Shown in pieces: positions 1 through 10,526 of a stretch of 64,000 nt of DNA (positions are counted from its first letter, which is position 1; each line of letters starts with the position of its first letter). The notes under the pieces were generated by a model that saw only the letters and a list, made by a program, of their open reading frames with translations, had not been told where the DNA came from and made no database searches. This stretch comes from a virus, in the IMG/VR virus record IMGVR_UViG_3300025770_000006, positions 109,359 to 173,358 of that record; one strand, written 5' to 3'. Both the position numbers and the translations under genes were made by a program.

Positions 1-6
1 GATCCA

Positions 7-2460
7 ATGTCAATCTTCATTGGGTCAGAGGTAGATGAGACAGATACGATTTTACAAGGCACAGCTCGATCTGGACTTGTCAACTCAGCGGGTAATGAAG
101 ATAAAGGTAAAGGCATACTTCGTAATGTGTCCCCTACACAGGGTACAACGGCTCAAGTCCACACAGGTGATCTGCTGTATATTGAGAGTGGTCACAATGC
201 GGGTACACATCGGGTCTTAGATGTCATAGAGACTGATATAAGCTCAGAGATCACAGAAACTTTGGGGTCAAGCCAAGTCCTACCCGTAGTGTTCCCTAAA
301 GTTGTAAGCCTAGACACAGGCACAAAAGTTTTAACTACAGATGTAGCTGATCTCACGCAATACTTTAGCGACCTCAATGCTGGCTCTATCTACATCATAT
401 TAAATGATAACTACACTAACACCCCCACTCCAACATTAGACTCTACTCCAGCTCTCGTTAAAGACCCAGTATTTGGTGTCTCTATTATTAAGGTCGATTA
501 CACTAACATCGCAGGGTCAGAGATCACTTTGGATTTCCCATGTGAATATGCAGATGGAACAGGTATCGCAAACGCTACTGGTTTGAATACGATCTTAGGG
601 AGTTATAACCAAGTCATTGGCGGGGTGAATAAGATACCTTTCAACTTAGAGGCAACAGGTTTAGCAAGTAATGGTTTATCTGCCTCCTTTGGGGTAGACC
701 TAACCTTACAGATGATCGTAGGTGGTGGTATCGCAGGTTCAGCAAGTGCTTCAAATACGCCAGCTAATCCATTCTTAGAGACTCAAGTAGTTAGAACCGA
801 TAAAGGTTTAGTCTCACACATAACACTAGATGTCAGCGATGCTAATCTCTATCCAGTCATTACAGATACAGGGAGTCAAACCTACGGTAAGTCTTTCTTA
901 TCTCCTAATGACACCATCACCTTAACTGTTAAGTTGGACGCAGGTCTTTACCTTGATACAACATTCCCTCTACTCCTTAGAGAAGACTATAATGGCACTG
1001 CACCCGTTGAGTTTGGTGATGGCACAAGCCAAGTCAGATCCCCTATACAATCTACCCTAACAAATCTACCCGCATGGGATTGGTATGAGGAAGTCACATT
1101 CACTGTTCGCAGACTCAGACGCTTCACAGATGTGTTCTCGAAGCTCATCTATGCGTTCGAGGGGTTTCGATACCTTTATGAGCAACGAGTTGGTCGAGTA
1201 GATAGTGTGGCTTACGCAAATGGTGTGATTACCCTTACACCACTCAAGGTTGATGGTGAGGGTGTTGCTGATGTTAATGGTACAGATACACAGGTAGGGG
1301 ACTTTGCAAATGTTGTGTCTGTAGGAGATCAAGTACAGTGCGTTAATGCGTCTAACCTTGAGACTCTTTATTTGAGAATCCTTGAAGTTGGTTCTACGCT
1401 CAAATGTTCCGCAATCAGAGGTTCAGTCTCCGTTGTTTCCAACGGTGATGTTTTTAAGATCATCACTCGTGTTCCTCTTATCCCCGAACTACAAGCGTTC
1501 GATCAGTTTATTGAACATGGCTTCACAGAGGTTCATTCTACAACGCCACAGGCTGGTATCTCTGTCGGGTTTGAGAATATACTTACAGACACTAACGCTG
1601 ACTTCATCTCACTTGGTGTAGCAACAGGTGATTTCTTAGTTATCGACCCTCAAGGAGAGTTGGCAGGTTCTAACCCGACCGAATATGGATCACCACCTAA
1701 AGGAGATAATGGAGATGGTACTGTAGGGTCATCTCATGTTCTTGATGACAATAGGGGAGCTTACAAGGTGGTATCTGTAGATGATGCTAACACACTTGCT
1801 GTTGAGTTTTATGCAGGGGATAGTGGAACTGCTAGAACAACTTATAAACTCTTGCCCTCTGTTAATGGGGATGACGCTCAACCATTGCGTGAGACTTCTA
1901 GTATAGTCGGTAGCTCCTATGCGACAACCAATCACTCGATCCATCCATTCTCTTATCGTATCCTTAGACGGAAGACCACTCTTGGGGAGTCGCTTGCAGG
2001 TTCGTTCTTGTTCTTTAGGGAGAGGACGCTTTCATGGGTAGAGGTTATTCGTTCTTTCAACGCACTCCCTACTCAGCCATACACATGGTCGCAATATGAA
2101 ACCGAGAACTTGATTGATAGCGTAGGTGTTGCAGACCTCAGTCACCCATCTAATGATCTCTTATTACAAAACATCTTAGGTAATGAAGTTCCCAATCCTT
2201 TTGAGAACAATGAAACTTGTTTATCTGTATATGATAGGCGAATGTTGATTGAAGACCCGAAGATGGCAGAAGAGGGGTATGGGACACCCGAAGAGGGCAT
2301 CCCAACGGTGCTTGAAAATGATATATCTTCTATGAACGCTAGAGATAATAGGTACGCATGGATTTCTGTTCGTACCGATCAAGTAAACGGCACTCTCTCT
2401 AAACTTAGTAGGGTGAATCTTAACAACCCCGATGACACAGCATTGGAGGACATCAAATGA
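7..2460 (+). CDS. Large virion structural protein (baseplate/tail-associated); probably the C-terminal part of a gene starting before the window
   Basis: 817-aa ORF rich in G/T/V/D beta-strand repeats (e.g. GVATGDFLVI, GAYKVVSV). The frame is open to the window edge (gat cca atg). Confidence 0.55.
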   Translation: MSIFIGSEVDETDTILQGTARSGLVNSAGNEDKGKGILRNVSPTQGTTAQVHTGDLLYIESGHNAGTHRVLDVIETDISSEITETLGSSQVLPVVFPKVVSLDTGTKVLTTDVADLTQYFSDLNAGSIYIILNDNYTNTPTPTLDSTPALVKDPVFGVSIIKVDYTNIAGSEITLDFPCEYADGTGIANATGLNTILGSYNQVIGGVNKIPFNLEATGLASNGLSASFGVDLTLQMIVGGGIAGSASASNTPANPFLETQVVRTDKGLVSHITLDVSDANLYPVITDTGSQTYGKSFLSPNDTITLTVKLDAGLYLDTTFPLLLREDYNGTAPVEFGDGTSQVRSPIQSTLTNLPAWDWYEEVTFTVRRLRRFTDVFSKLIYAFEGFRYLYEQRVGRVDSVAYANGVITLTPLKVDGEGVADVNGTDTQVGDFANVVSVGDQVQCVNASNLETLYLRILEVGSTLKCSAIRGSVSVVSNGDVFKIITRVPLIPELQAFDQFIEHGFTEVHSTTPQAGISVGFENILTDTNADFISLGVATGDFLVIDPQGELAGSNPTEYGSPPKGDNGDGTVGSSHVLDDNRGAYKVVSVDDANTLAVEFYAGDSGTARTTYKLLPSVNGDDAQPLRETSSIVGSSYATTNHSIHPFSYRILRRKTTLGESLAGSFLFFRERTLSWVEVIRSFNALPTQPYTWSQYETENLIDSVGVADLSHPSNDLLLQNILGNEVPNPFENNETCLSVYDRRMLIEDPKMAEEGYGTPEEGIPTVLENDISSMNARDNRYAWISVRTDQVNGTLSKLSRVNLNNPDDTALEDIK

Positions 2461-2666
2461 GTAATGAAAATAAATGGACTAGAACACCCGAAGAGCCAAA
2501 CCTTAATGGCACAGAGGTAGGGAAGCTCTTAGATAACTTAAAGACGCTTCAAGCACACTACGAGGGTAAGCTACAAGGGGATTTAGGTAACTTAGCTGTT
2601 CTTGAACAAGCACTCGCTAAGTGGGAACTACAAAAAAGAAATAGAAAGGTAGACCCCAATGGCTGA
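2457..2666 (+). CDS. Small coiled-coil hypothetical protein
   Basis: ATGA overlap with upstream gene, GGAGG RBS, heptad-like sequence. Confidence 0.6.
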   Translation: MSNENKWTRTPEEPNLNGTEVGKLLDNLKTLQAHYEGKLQGDLGNLAVLEQALAKWELQKRNRKVDPNG

Positions 2667-5109
2667 GGACAACCCCACTTTTACCGTCAAAGCTCCAGGC
2701 TTTAACACTTGGGGTAATGTCGGTATTTCAAAAGACAACGATTTTTATAAGCTCTTAGACGAAACCAAAGAGAAAACGGATGCTGTCTTTGAGGTCGTCA
2801 ATCTTGTTTTTGATCTAGTCAACTCTGCGTTAGATTTTATTGCTTCCCTACTGATTGACTTCACTAATCCTTTGAAGCCCATCATTGAAGCAATCATCGC
2901 TTTCTTAGACTCTTTTATCTCTGACCTTCGCAACTTTGGCTGGTATCTTACTTACGATAAAAAACAGTTTAAAAACCCAGCTGAAAAACTACTCGGTGGA
3001 TATCCTGCATTTGAAAGTCGAATAATTGAAAAGCTGTTAAAGATCAAAGATCCTACTCGACCTAACTTCTCTCCCGAAAGTAAAGTGTTCGCAATGACCT
3101 TCTTTGCAGGAGCAGACGCATCATCACTAGGTGCGATTATTTCGGCTATAAAGAAGTTACTTAAACTTTTCCTCACCCTTAAAGGTCCGAGCGATAAGGC
3201 TGAAGCCCCCATCAACTTACAGGTCGGTTATTACAATGATGTTGTAGGTAGCATCGAGATACCAAATGTGTATAAACCCGATGGGGTAAGGGTTAAATGG
3301 AATCTACCTCCCCCTCCCTCAACAAATAAGATCCTGCCCAAGTCGTTCATACTACCAGATTATTTCTTATTCTCTGTGGCTACTCGACAGGCAACCGAAC
3401 GAATCGCTTACATCAACAGAAAACCGAGAGATCCTTATGATGAGGTGGGTATAGACGCATTCGGACCAGAAAAGTCTACCGTTCAAGAATTAATAGGGGA
3501 TCTAGACGCTAGACTATGGCCTCTCATCAAGACTGACAGTGAGTTCACTAAGCTCGATGAGTCTAAAGTTCTTGAACGACTTGATCAGATGCCCGATGGG
3601 ATTGGCACTCTAGGGTCGTTCATCTTAAAGGGAGATGATGACTATTACCTCAACAAGATTGGAGAGGAGAAAATCTCTGATGTTTATAGGTGTTTCGTAT
3701 ATGGAAGTGGTGGGGGAGCATTGTTTGGAGACAATGACTTCTCTTTCGACATCCCCCTAGAATCCCTAAAGATCAATGACAGTTTAGCGTCAGAGTATTT
3801 CATCACGATATATTCTCTCACAATGGAATCAAACGACTATGACTCTATATCTAAGAAAAAGAAGGATCTGCCAAGTGGGGGGCTGAACATAAGAGTAGGC
3901 ACACACGAACTAGTAGAAACAGGCGAATTTCTTATTAATAAGCCGTGGGGGAACAAATATTATCTAGGGATAGAAGCTGGAGAACTGTCTAAGCCCTCAG
4001 CCACAGTAGTAGTTAAAAGCCCATCTGAGATACGAGAAAAATACCTCAAAGCAGTTAAGTTTTATTTCCTCGCTCACTTATTGGCACAGCCATATATTGA
4101 AAGCCACAAAGCAAAACTTGGGTATGAAAATCCTGTGGGTAAAGAGGAAACACTCTTAAAAGAGTTCGCAGAAAGCATCGAAGGAAAACATCTCCATCAA
4201 AATAAGCAGAGTCGTAAAGTATTTGCTTTAGGTATCCAAGAATGGCTAAGAAAGATCATGATTAGGTTTAAGGAGGGTATGCCCTCAGATGCGACTCTTA
4301 GGTCTTTATCTAATAGCCTAGATAAGATCAACAGTTTCCCTCTTGACTTGGAGGTGCTGGTAAAGAATGAGGTAGAAGGAGAGCATCATGATTTAGATCT
4401 TTATCCAGATCTTAGGTCGGTTCTAGATAGCATCAAAAACATTGAAATAGAACAGGAACTTATAACTTCTAACTACGATGGAGTTGCACAGTTCATGTAT
4501 GCAGGTACTAAACCAAAGTATAAGGCTTCAGACTTCATGCACGATAAATGGCCAGAGAGTAAACAACCTGTGATCTTTGACGATGCCATGACTGGGTTTG
4601 TAGGTCACCTCATCTTCCACAAAGAGTTCAGAGAAACATTCAGACTCGCACAAAGAGTGGTGACCCTAAGCCCTCCTTCTGTTGGAGGAGGGGAATGGCT
4701 AAACCAACGACCTTTTAGAGACTCCGACCTAAGTGCTTTGACTAACTTTATAGACACAGTTAAAAAGTACATGGAAGGATTTCTTAAAGGTCTTGAGGGG
4801 ATTGTCGCTCAAATACTGAAGTTCATCCATATGTTGAAAACTAGGATAGCTCAAGTGCAGGCGATCATAGCGAGAATAAAAGCTCTCATAGACTTAATAC
4901 TGAGCTTCAGATTTCCTGCTGGTCTATATGGCACATTCCATTTAGCTGATGGTACAGCGGGTCTTGTTTCAGCATTACAACAGTCCGAAGATAAGCCCGA
5001 CATAGGTACTAGTGGTTATGGGACTGGTGTAATGGTGGTTGCAGGTGGTGTTCCTACTATACTTATTGATTTTTTGATCGCCCTTATGGGTGGAGAGGGA
5101 GAGGAATAA
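2659..5109 (+). CDS. Hypothetical protein, probably virion-associated, with amphipathic helical N- and C-terminal segments
   Basis: 816-aa ORF coupled to neighbours; long amphipathic helices at both ends; context of structural genes. Confidence 0.5.
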   Translation: MAEDNPTFTVKAPGFNTWGNVGISKDNDFYKLLDETKEKTDAVFEVVNLVFDLVNSALDFIASLLIDFTNPLKPIIEAIIAFLDSFISDLRNFGWYLTYDKKQFKNPAEKLLGGYPAFESRIIEKLLKIKDPTRPNFSPESKVFAMTFFAGADASSLGAIISAIKKLLKLFLTLKGPSDKAEAPINLQVGYYNDVVGSIEIPNVYKPDGVRVKWNLPPPPSTNKILPKSFILPDYFLFSVATRQATERIAYINRKPRDPYDEVGIDAFGPEKSTVQELIGDLDARLWPLIKTDSEFTKLDESKVLERLDQMPDGIGTLGSFILKGDDDYYLNKIGEEKISDVYRCFVYGSGGGALFGDNDFSFDIPLESLKINDSLASEYFITIYSLTMESNDYDSISKKKKDLPSGGLNIRVGTHELVETGEFLINKPWGNKYYLGIEAGELSKPSATVVVKSPSEIREKYLKAVKFYFLAHLLAQPYIESHKAKLGYENPVGKEETLLKEFAESIEGKHLHQNKQSRKVFALGIQEWLRKIMIRFKEGMPSDATLRSLSNSLDKINSFPLDLEVLVKNEVEGEHHDLDLYPDLRSVLDSIKNIEIEQELITSNYDGVAQFMYAGTKPKYKASDFMHDKWPESKQPVIFDDAMTGFVGHLIFHKEFRETFRLAQRVVTLSPPSVGGGEWLNQRPFRDSDLSALTNFIDTVKKYMEGFLKGLEGIVAQILKFIHMLKTRIAQVQAIIARIKALIDLILSFRFPAGLYGTFHLADGTAGLVSALQQSEDKPDIGTSGYGTGVMVVAGGVPTILIDFLIALMGGEGEE

Positions 5110-6077
5110 TGAGCTTCGGTTGGAACTGTATGTTTCGTAAAGGACAGTGGCTAGAGTTTAGACGCTTTGTCCTTCTTCAAAGACAGAATGTAGGTTATCG
5201 TATCAACTACATAAATAAAGAGATTAGTCATATAGGAGAAATACGCATCTCTTATGAAAAGGTAGGTGAAGGCGAGGATCAAAGAGTAACAGAAAAAAGA
5301 GTGGGTCTTGAAGTTGGCGTGAACTCGGTTCTCGGCAAACTCTTAAAAGCATATATCGCACAGGGTGGAAATCCTTTTGACATCTCTATGTTTTTAAAGC
5401 CAGATTCTTATCAATGGGTAGAGAGAGAGGTAGAGGCAAGTAGTGAGCAAGGTACAGTCACTGACTCTCAAGGGAACACACAAAATGTGTATAAAAGTTA
5501 TGATCTGCCCTATGGTGGTACTTTGTGGCCTAGAACAGCAACGGCTGAAGAATCCGAACAAGTAGACACATCGGGTTGGTTACCTCTACTAAAGTATCCA
5601 GGGTGGAGACTAGGTGGTAGTAATAAAAGCATTTACCCTAGAGCCGATGAGATAGGTGGGGTGATCTACCATGCTCGTAAATGGGCGACACAAGAAATAT
5701 CTCATTTAAGGAACAACCTAGAAGCGAGGATCATCAAGCTCTGTGATTTAAGAGAACAACTCTTAATTGAGAGGGATGATCTCTTATTTAACGCTCTTTC
5801 TGGCACTGCGTCTAAACTAGCTCCTTATGATCCTAACATACAACTTGATGAGGTACATCTTTCACACATCGTGACCAACATAGATCTCAACTACTTTGAG
5901 GCTATGGATCAAGAACAGATAGATCAGATTGAAGGCCCTCCTGCTCCGAACACTGTTGACCGAGTTGCTTCAAGCGTACCCGACTTTAGCAAACTGAGGG
6001 ATCGAGGACCAGAACCTTATTATAAATCGTTGCTTGACGATTATGAGAATGGTGAAGAAGATAACACAGCTCTATGA
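5109..6077 (+). CDS. Hypothetical protein
   Basis: 322-aa ORF with TAATG coupling and GAGGA RBS. Confidence 0.65.
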   Translation: MSFGWNCMFRKGQWLEFRRFVLLQRQNVGYRINYINKEISHIGEIRISYEKVGEGEDQRVTEKRVGLEVGVNSVLGKLLKAYIAQGGNPFDISMFLKPDSYQWVEREVEASSEQGTVTDSQGNTQNVYKSYDLPYGGTLWPRTATAEESEQVDTSGWLPLLKYPGWRLGGSNKSIYPRADEIGGVIYHARKWATQEISHLRNNLEARIIKLCDLREQLLIERDDLLFNALSGTASKLAPYDPNIQLDEVHLSHIVTNIDLNYFEAMDQEQIDQIEGPPAPNTVDRVASSVPDFSKLRDRGPEPYYKSLLDDYENGEEDNTAL

Positions 6078-6394
6078 TTTCTCTTGCTACAAATAAAATC
6101 GACTTCAAAAGAGGATGGTCTGATAAAGCCTTAGATGCGTTTCAAAAAGGCAAATGTAATATGTGTCTCATGTATTTCTCTGTAGGATTAATAGAGAGTG
6201 GATTCAAAAAGAACGGAGAGTATGCTGGAATGGAGCGTTGGTATTTAGCTGATACGGATATCTATATCTTAGTTAATACAAATACTTCCACTTGGGGATT
6301 CAATAATCATAGTCACTACCTCATAAAGGATTCTAAAGACTTCTTCGACATCATTCGGAAAGTTTGGGATGAGAGGACCAAACCTGTCGAATAG
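6074..6394 (+). CDS. Hypothetical protein
   Basis: ATGA coupling, 106 aa. Confidence 0.55.
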   Translation: MISLATNKIDFKRGWSDKALDAFQKGKCNMCLMYFSVGLIESGFKKNGEYAGMERWYLADTDIYILVNTNTSTWGFNNHSHYLIKDSKDFFDIIRKVWDERTKPVE

Positions 6395-6698
6395 TTACTA
6401 ATACAAGATCTCCGTTCTCTCGAAAGCGACTACGAAGAGTCCAAGCCATGTCTAGCGACTGATGGCTTTCATCATCACTGACAAATAAAACTTTACATTG
6501 AGTGTCTGTGCTAAACTTCACATAGATTAAAATTTGTCCCTTACACCCTTTCATGATGTATTCTTTAGGTGAAGCACTTTGCGTTATAGCAAACCCACAA
6601 TCCGACAACACTTCTTTAAGGTAATCCCATGAGTGTATGTGAGGATTAGGATGCTCACATTTACGCTTACCATTTATTCTCTGTGTGAACATCGCCAT
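6351..6698 (-). CDS. Possible hypothetical protein
   Basis: 115-aa ORF with protein-like composition filling an otherwise empty gap; start uncertain. Confidence 0.35.
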   Translation of the reverse strand: MAMFTQRINGKRKCEHPNPHIHSWDYLKEVLSDCGFAITQSASPKEYIMKGCKGQILIYVKFSTDTQCKVLFVSDDESHQSLDMAWTLRSRFRENGDLVLVTIRQVWSSHPKLSE

Positions 6699-6996
6699 GC
6701 CTAAAAGTCGGAGACAAGATATAAGAGAGTTCTTAGTGATACACTTTAAAAGTGAATCACAACCACAGACTGTGGAGAACTGTCTGAACGCTTATATCAT
6801 ACAGAGAGATTTGGGTGGAGACTATAAACTCAAAACCAACGAGGTTAAAACATCAAAACCCACTAGCAAAAAGTCTCGTGTTCGACTCAGAGATCAGATC
6901 GCCCAAGAGCTAGGTGTGGTGAAGCAAATGGGTTTGATATGCCGTCTAAGATATGGTGTCTATGTTAAGAAGTACCCACCTAGCAGATCACCTTAA
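6697..6996 (+). CDS. Small basic hypothetical protein
   Basis: ATG at 6697 (MPKSRRQ), K/R-rich. Confidence 0.45.
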   Translation: MPKSRRQDIREFLVIHFKSESQPQTVENCLNAYIIQRDLGGDYKLKTNEVKTSKPTSKKSRVRLRDQIAQELGVVKQMGLICRLRYGVYVKKYPPSRSP

Positions 6997-7539
6997 ACGC
7001 TTATTGATCTCCCTAACTAATGCAGAAGCGTCATCCTCTGGTTTAAAGTTCGTGTCTAACTCAAAGTTAAACTTCCTGTCTCTGGAACTCACAACCCAAT
7101 TACCTTTAAAATCATCATACTCGATTTCGATCATTTCCGTTAGACTCAAACCCTTGCTCGGATAGATTTCGCCACGACCAATGTTTGAGTGTCCAAAAGT
7201 ATAGTTTTGGAAATGGCAGTCTGTAAAAGGTTGTTTCTCTTCTAGGAGAGAAACTACTTTTTTGCCATCGTAATGAACCATCACATAGTCCTTAGTCTTA
7301 AAACGACCAGTGATTTCTACCTCCCCACTATTCCCGTCTTGCTTCTTGAACTCAACACTAGAGACATCCCAATCAACACCTGGGTTGTTCTCTTTGAGGT
7401 AACCAATCACATTTTCTTCTATTTCAGAAGCTGTCTCAAAGTACATCTCACTAGAGATAGGTAGCAACTGAGCTGACTTTTCAAGTCTGGCGACTCTTGA
7501 TTCAAGGTCATTAATGATTTCTGAAGCTGATCTTCTCAT
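6988..7539 (-). CDS. Leader-tagged protein (MRRSASEIINDLESRVARLEKSA) with unknown acidic cargo
   Basis: Shared N-terminal leader seen in the translation. Confidence 0.8.
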   Translation of the reverse strand: MRRSASEIINDLESRVARLEKSAQLLPISSEMYFETASEIEENVIGYLKENNPGVDWDVSSVEFKKQDGNSGEVEITGRFKTKDYVMVHYDGKKVVSLLEEKQPFTDCHFQNYTFGHSNIGRGEIYPSKGLSLTEMIEIEYDDFKGNWVVSSRDRKFNFELDTNFKPEDDASALVREINKRLR

Positions 7540-7548
7540 GGGTCATTC

Positions 7549-8112
7549 TCAATTCTTTCTATACTCAGCTATAGCAGGTGTAAAATACTCCGATAAAATA
7601 ACCTCTGAGACTAACCCCTTGCGTGTACTCTTGACTCGACCCAAAGTGTCTCGTAATTGTCTAATTTTTGATTCCATACAAAGACATATATTAGACCCTT
7701 TACCAAAATCTTCAGCGTCTAGCTCTAACCAGAAATCAATCTCGTATTTTATTCCCTTTATCATGAAAGAAACATCACCCCCCCCAAGTATGCTTTGAGA
7801 AATTTTCTCGTTATACATAGTCCCAATATTCATATCACTGCTGTTCATATGGAAGTTGTGTACTTTAATGTTTGTCGCACCTTTAGATTTAAGTGCTTTC
7901 ATCATTTGTTTAGGGAAAGTCTTTTGTATTTCAATGTCCACACCCCTCGCATACGATAAAAGATATTTTCTCTGTTCATTTAAGTCGCCATAGTCATAAG
8001 GATAGCCATCGTCTTCTGGATTGCCCTCCTCGTCTTCTGGATAGGATCGTTTTTCAAGTCTAGCGACTCTAGTTTCAAGATTACGGATTATTTCTGATGC
8101 TGATCTTCTCAT
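7549..8112 (-). CDS. Leader-tagged protein (MRRSASEIIRNLETRVARLEKRS) with unknown cargo
   Basis: Leader ATG at 8112, AAAGGTG RBS, promoter-like motif at 8146-8159. Confidence 0.8.
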   Translation of the reverse strand: MRRSASEIIRNLETRVARLEKRSYPEDEEGNPEDDGYPYDYGDLNEQRKYLLSYARGVDIEIQKTFPKQMMKALKSKGATNIKVHNFHMNSSDMNIGTMYNEKISQSILGGGDVSFMIKGIKYEIDFWLELDAEDFGKGSNICLCMESKIRQLRDTLGRVKSTRKGLVSEVILSEYFTPAIAEYRKN

Positions 8113-8158
8113 AATGGACACACCTTTCATCTAAAAGATGACGACAATAAATAAACTA

Positions 8159-9019
8159 CTAATCATTGGTTTCACACAAGCCCCACCTAAAACAACCGAT
8201 TTCATCTCTTCCTAGTTGTTCATCTGTGAAAAGTTCTTGTAATCCGTCTTGTTTCCCTTTAGCCCAAGATACCGCTTGCCTTATGTTTCCTTTCTTGAAG
8301 AAAGTGGCTTGACTCCCTCGCTCCTCAGATACTCTCTTCTCTAAGTTCTCTAAGTAGTCTATACGATCTGGATCTATTCTAGCCATATTACGAATGTCTG
8401 CTTTATTGGAGTATATACAAGGCCAACATCCAACTCTACTAGAACCCTTTAGATATAGAGGGTTTGGAGAAACACCGTTTTTCTGATGAATGTAAATCAC
8501 ATCTTCTTCTGACCATTCTAAAATAGGTCTGATTTGTGTCGCTTCGTCTTGCTCCTCTACATATCCAAAAGTAGATCTTCTGATCGACTCCCCTCTTCTA
8601 ATACCTGTGATGTTAATGGGGAACTTTCGGTTCTTTAAGAAAACCTCCACTGCGTAAGTTCGATAACTTACAAGTTTAAGCTCATTAGTACACCATTTTA
8701 AGCGTCCATTCGGGAACATTTTTTTCTGTAATACAGCACTCTCCATACCATAAGCATGATCTTGGTAGTTGAGTTTTTCATTTTGAAGTTTGACTACTTC
8801 AACCCCCAAAATATCACTAAGGGTATCTACATACTTATATGTCAAAGGGTGTTCCCACCCAGTGTCGCAAAACACTGGAGTGAAAGGTATGTTATGTGTT
8901 TTTAACAACAACCCGACTGCTGTAGAGTCTTTTCCCCCACTACAACTTAAGATTAGAGGTCGATCTGTTTCTTTTAAGAATGCTATCGTTTCTTTTTCAG
9001 TGTTTAGTTCTAATGTCAT
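8159..9019 (-). CDS. PAPS reductase-family (CysH/DndC-like) PP-loop protein
   Basis: SGGKDS PP-loop, DTGWE, WCT.ELK, GIRRGES and RVGCWPC motifs. Confidence 0.85.
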   Translation of the reverse strand: MTLELNTEKETIAFLKETDRPLILSCSGGKDSTAVGLLLKTHNIPFTPVFCDTGWEHPLTYKYVDTLSDILGVEVVKLQNEKLNYQDHAYGMESAVLQKKMFPNGRLKWCTNELKLVSYRTYAVEVFLKNRKFPINITGIRRGESIRRSTFGYVEEQDEATQIRPILEWSEEDVIYIHQKNGVSPNPLYLKGSSRVGCWPCIYSNKADIRNMARIDPDRIDYLENLEKRVSEERGSQATFFKKGNIRQAVSWAKGKQDGLQELFTDEQLGRDEIGCFRWGLCETND

Positions 9020-9039
9020 TGTTCTACCTTTTTAAGAAG

Positions 9040-9100
9040 AGGTTTAATGACATTATACTATTTAAGGTTTAATGACATTATTATACTATTTAAGGTTTAA
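9040..9100. repeat. Tandem direct repeat (25-bp and 28-bp units plus a partial third) containing a minus-strand TATAAT
   Basis: aggtttaatgacattatactattta / aggtttaatgacattattatactattta / aggtttaa. Confidence 0.85.
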
Positions 9101-9209
9101 AATAATCGAATAACCTTTTCCAATCAAGAGGGTGTTTTAATCTGCCGAACTAGTTGTAAGCGATCTTTTGGATCATCTGGTAGGAGATGTGACATCCAAC
9201 TTGGTGGAT

Positions 9210-10124
9210 TTAATAATACAGTCTTCTCATAGGTCTAGTGATTGGGCTTGGTCTTCTAACAAAACCATCGTCAAGTCTAGCAAATCTTTTCTTTTCAACA
9301 GGGTACTTTTTAACTTTAGCTCTGTACTTTGTACCTAACTTGCCCTCTACTTTACCTAGAACTTCACCTCTAGCGATTTCTACAGCCTTAACACCTGCTG
9401 GGTTCGCCAACTTACCATAAGCACTTGCACCCACAAAAAGACCTGTATCTTGATCTTCCCAAAGAACAAAGAAATGGAACTGACCTGCTCTTGAACCTAC
9501 TCCCTCTAAATACATTGTACCAATCTCATTATAGTTAGATACACCTGTTTTACTTTCAAGTGCTTGGTAAGCCGATCTGGATAACGCTTCTGTTTTTGAT
9601 AAATTATCAGAAGAAATCTCGTTATCAAGTTCCTTTTGTTTCTTATAGTTCTCTCTTCTTCTTGCCTTATCTTCACCCATAGCTTTAGGTTTCGATCTTG
9701 GTTCTCTCAAAAACCACCCTTGATCTTCGGCGTGTTCAGCTTCGCCCACATAACCAGGTTTACCAGACTTTCCCCAACACTCTTTGTGGAAAACTGAAAA
9801 AGGAGCATTTTTCGCACTGCCGAGAGGTAGTCGTTTACCATTCATATTATAGTATCCGTCATAAGCCTCATCAATCTCAACTTTGCCGTTTGGGTGGACA
9901 ACGACCAACTCACTCATCCATTTAGACTTATCAGACCATGCTTTAGGTTGTTTTGGAGTACGAACACCTGGGATAACAGGTAGGGGTGTTGTGTCCCATT
10001 TAAAGTGGGAAATGATAGACTTGCCACAAGCCATACATTTCCAAGAACTGAACCCTGCTGTTTTTTCAAGACGAGCGACCCTTGTTTCAAGATTATGGAT
10101 AATTTCTGATGCTGATCTTCTCAT
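9210..10124 (-). CDS. Leader-tagged protein (MRRSASEIIHNLETRVARLEKTA) with a Cys/His-containing domain and a possible WGR-like C-terminal domain
   Basis: Leader; CMAC...HKEC; C-terminal FHFFVLWE...AYGKL...KVKK pattern; AAGGAG RBS. Confidence 0.75.
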   Translation of the reverse strand: MRRSASEIIHNLETRVARLEKTAGFSSWKCMACGKSIISHFKWDTTPLPVIPGVRTPKQPKAWSDKSKWMSELVVVHPNGKVEIDEAYDGYYNMNGKRLPLGSAKNAPFSVFHKECWGKSGKPGYVGEAEHAEDQGWFLREPRSKPKAMGEDKARRRENYKKQKELDNEISSDNLSKTEALSRSAYQALESKTGVSNYNEIGTMYLEGVGSRAGQFHFFVLWEDQDTGLFVGASAYGKLANPAGVKAVEIARGEVLGKVEGKLGTKYRAKVKKYPVEKKRFARLDDGFVRRPSPITRPMRRLYY

Positions 10125-10197
10125 AATGGTTTTCTCCTTTGGGTTTAAATCATATAAACATGGTGACCAATAAACAAATTACAAAAGGATTTGAATC

Positions 10198-10455
10198 ATG
10201 ACGAGAGGTAGAAATAAAACACCCGCAGAGAGAGCGTTGGAGGTCATCTGTACTATGGCTGGTGTCTCATTTGAAGAGTTCGAGGAGCAACTTAAGAAGT
10301 CTCAAGGAAACACAGCGACTGAGAGAGCGTTTCCCGAATCCTCATATAAAATGGTCAAGACGAACTACTTTAAGAACAGTTCAATCAGCCAACAGGAATG
10401 GAAAGACCTGTATCAGCACATCACCAACCCGAAGAGCAACTTTGGGGCTAACTAA
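10198..10455 (+). CDS. Hypothetical protein
   Basis: 85-aa ORF with AAGGA RBS. Confidence 0.65.
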   Translation: MTRGRNKTPAERALEVICTMAGVSFEEFEEQLKKSQGNTATERAFPESSYKMVKTNYFKNSSISQQEWKDLYQHITNPKSNFGAN

Positions 10456-10526
10456 TGCCTTTAATCATATAAGAAAGATATCTACAAACCACTACTGTTC
10501 CAATATGAGAAACAGGAGATGAAAAT

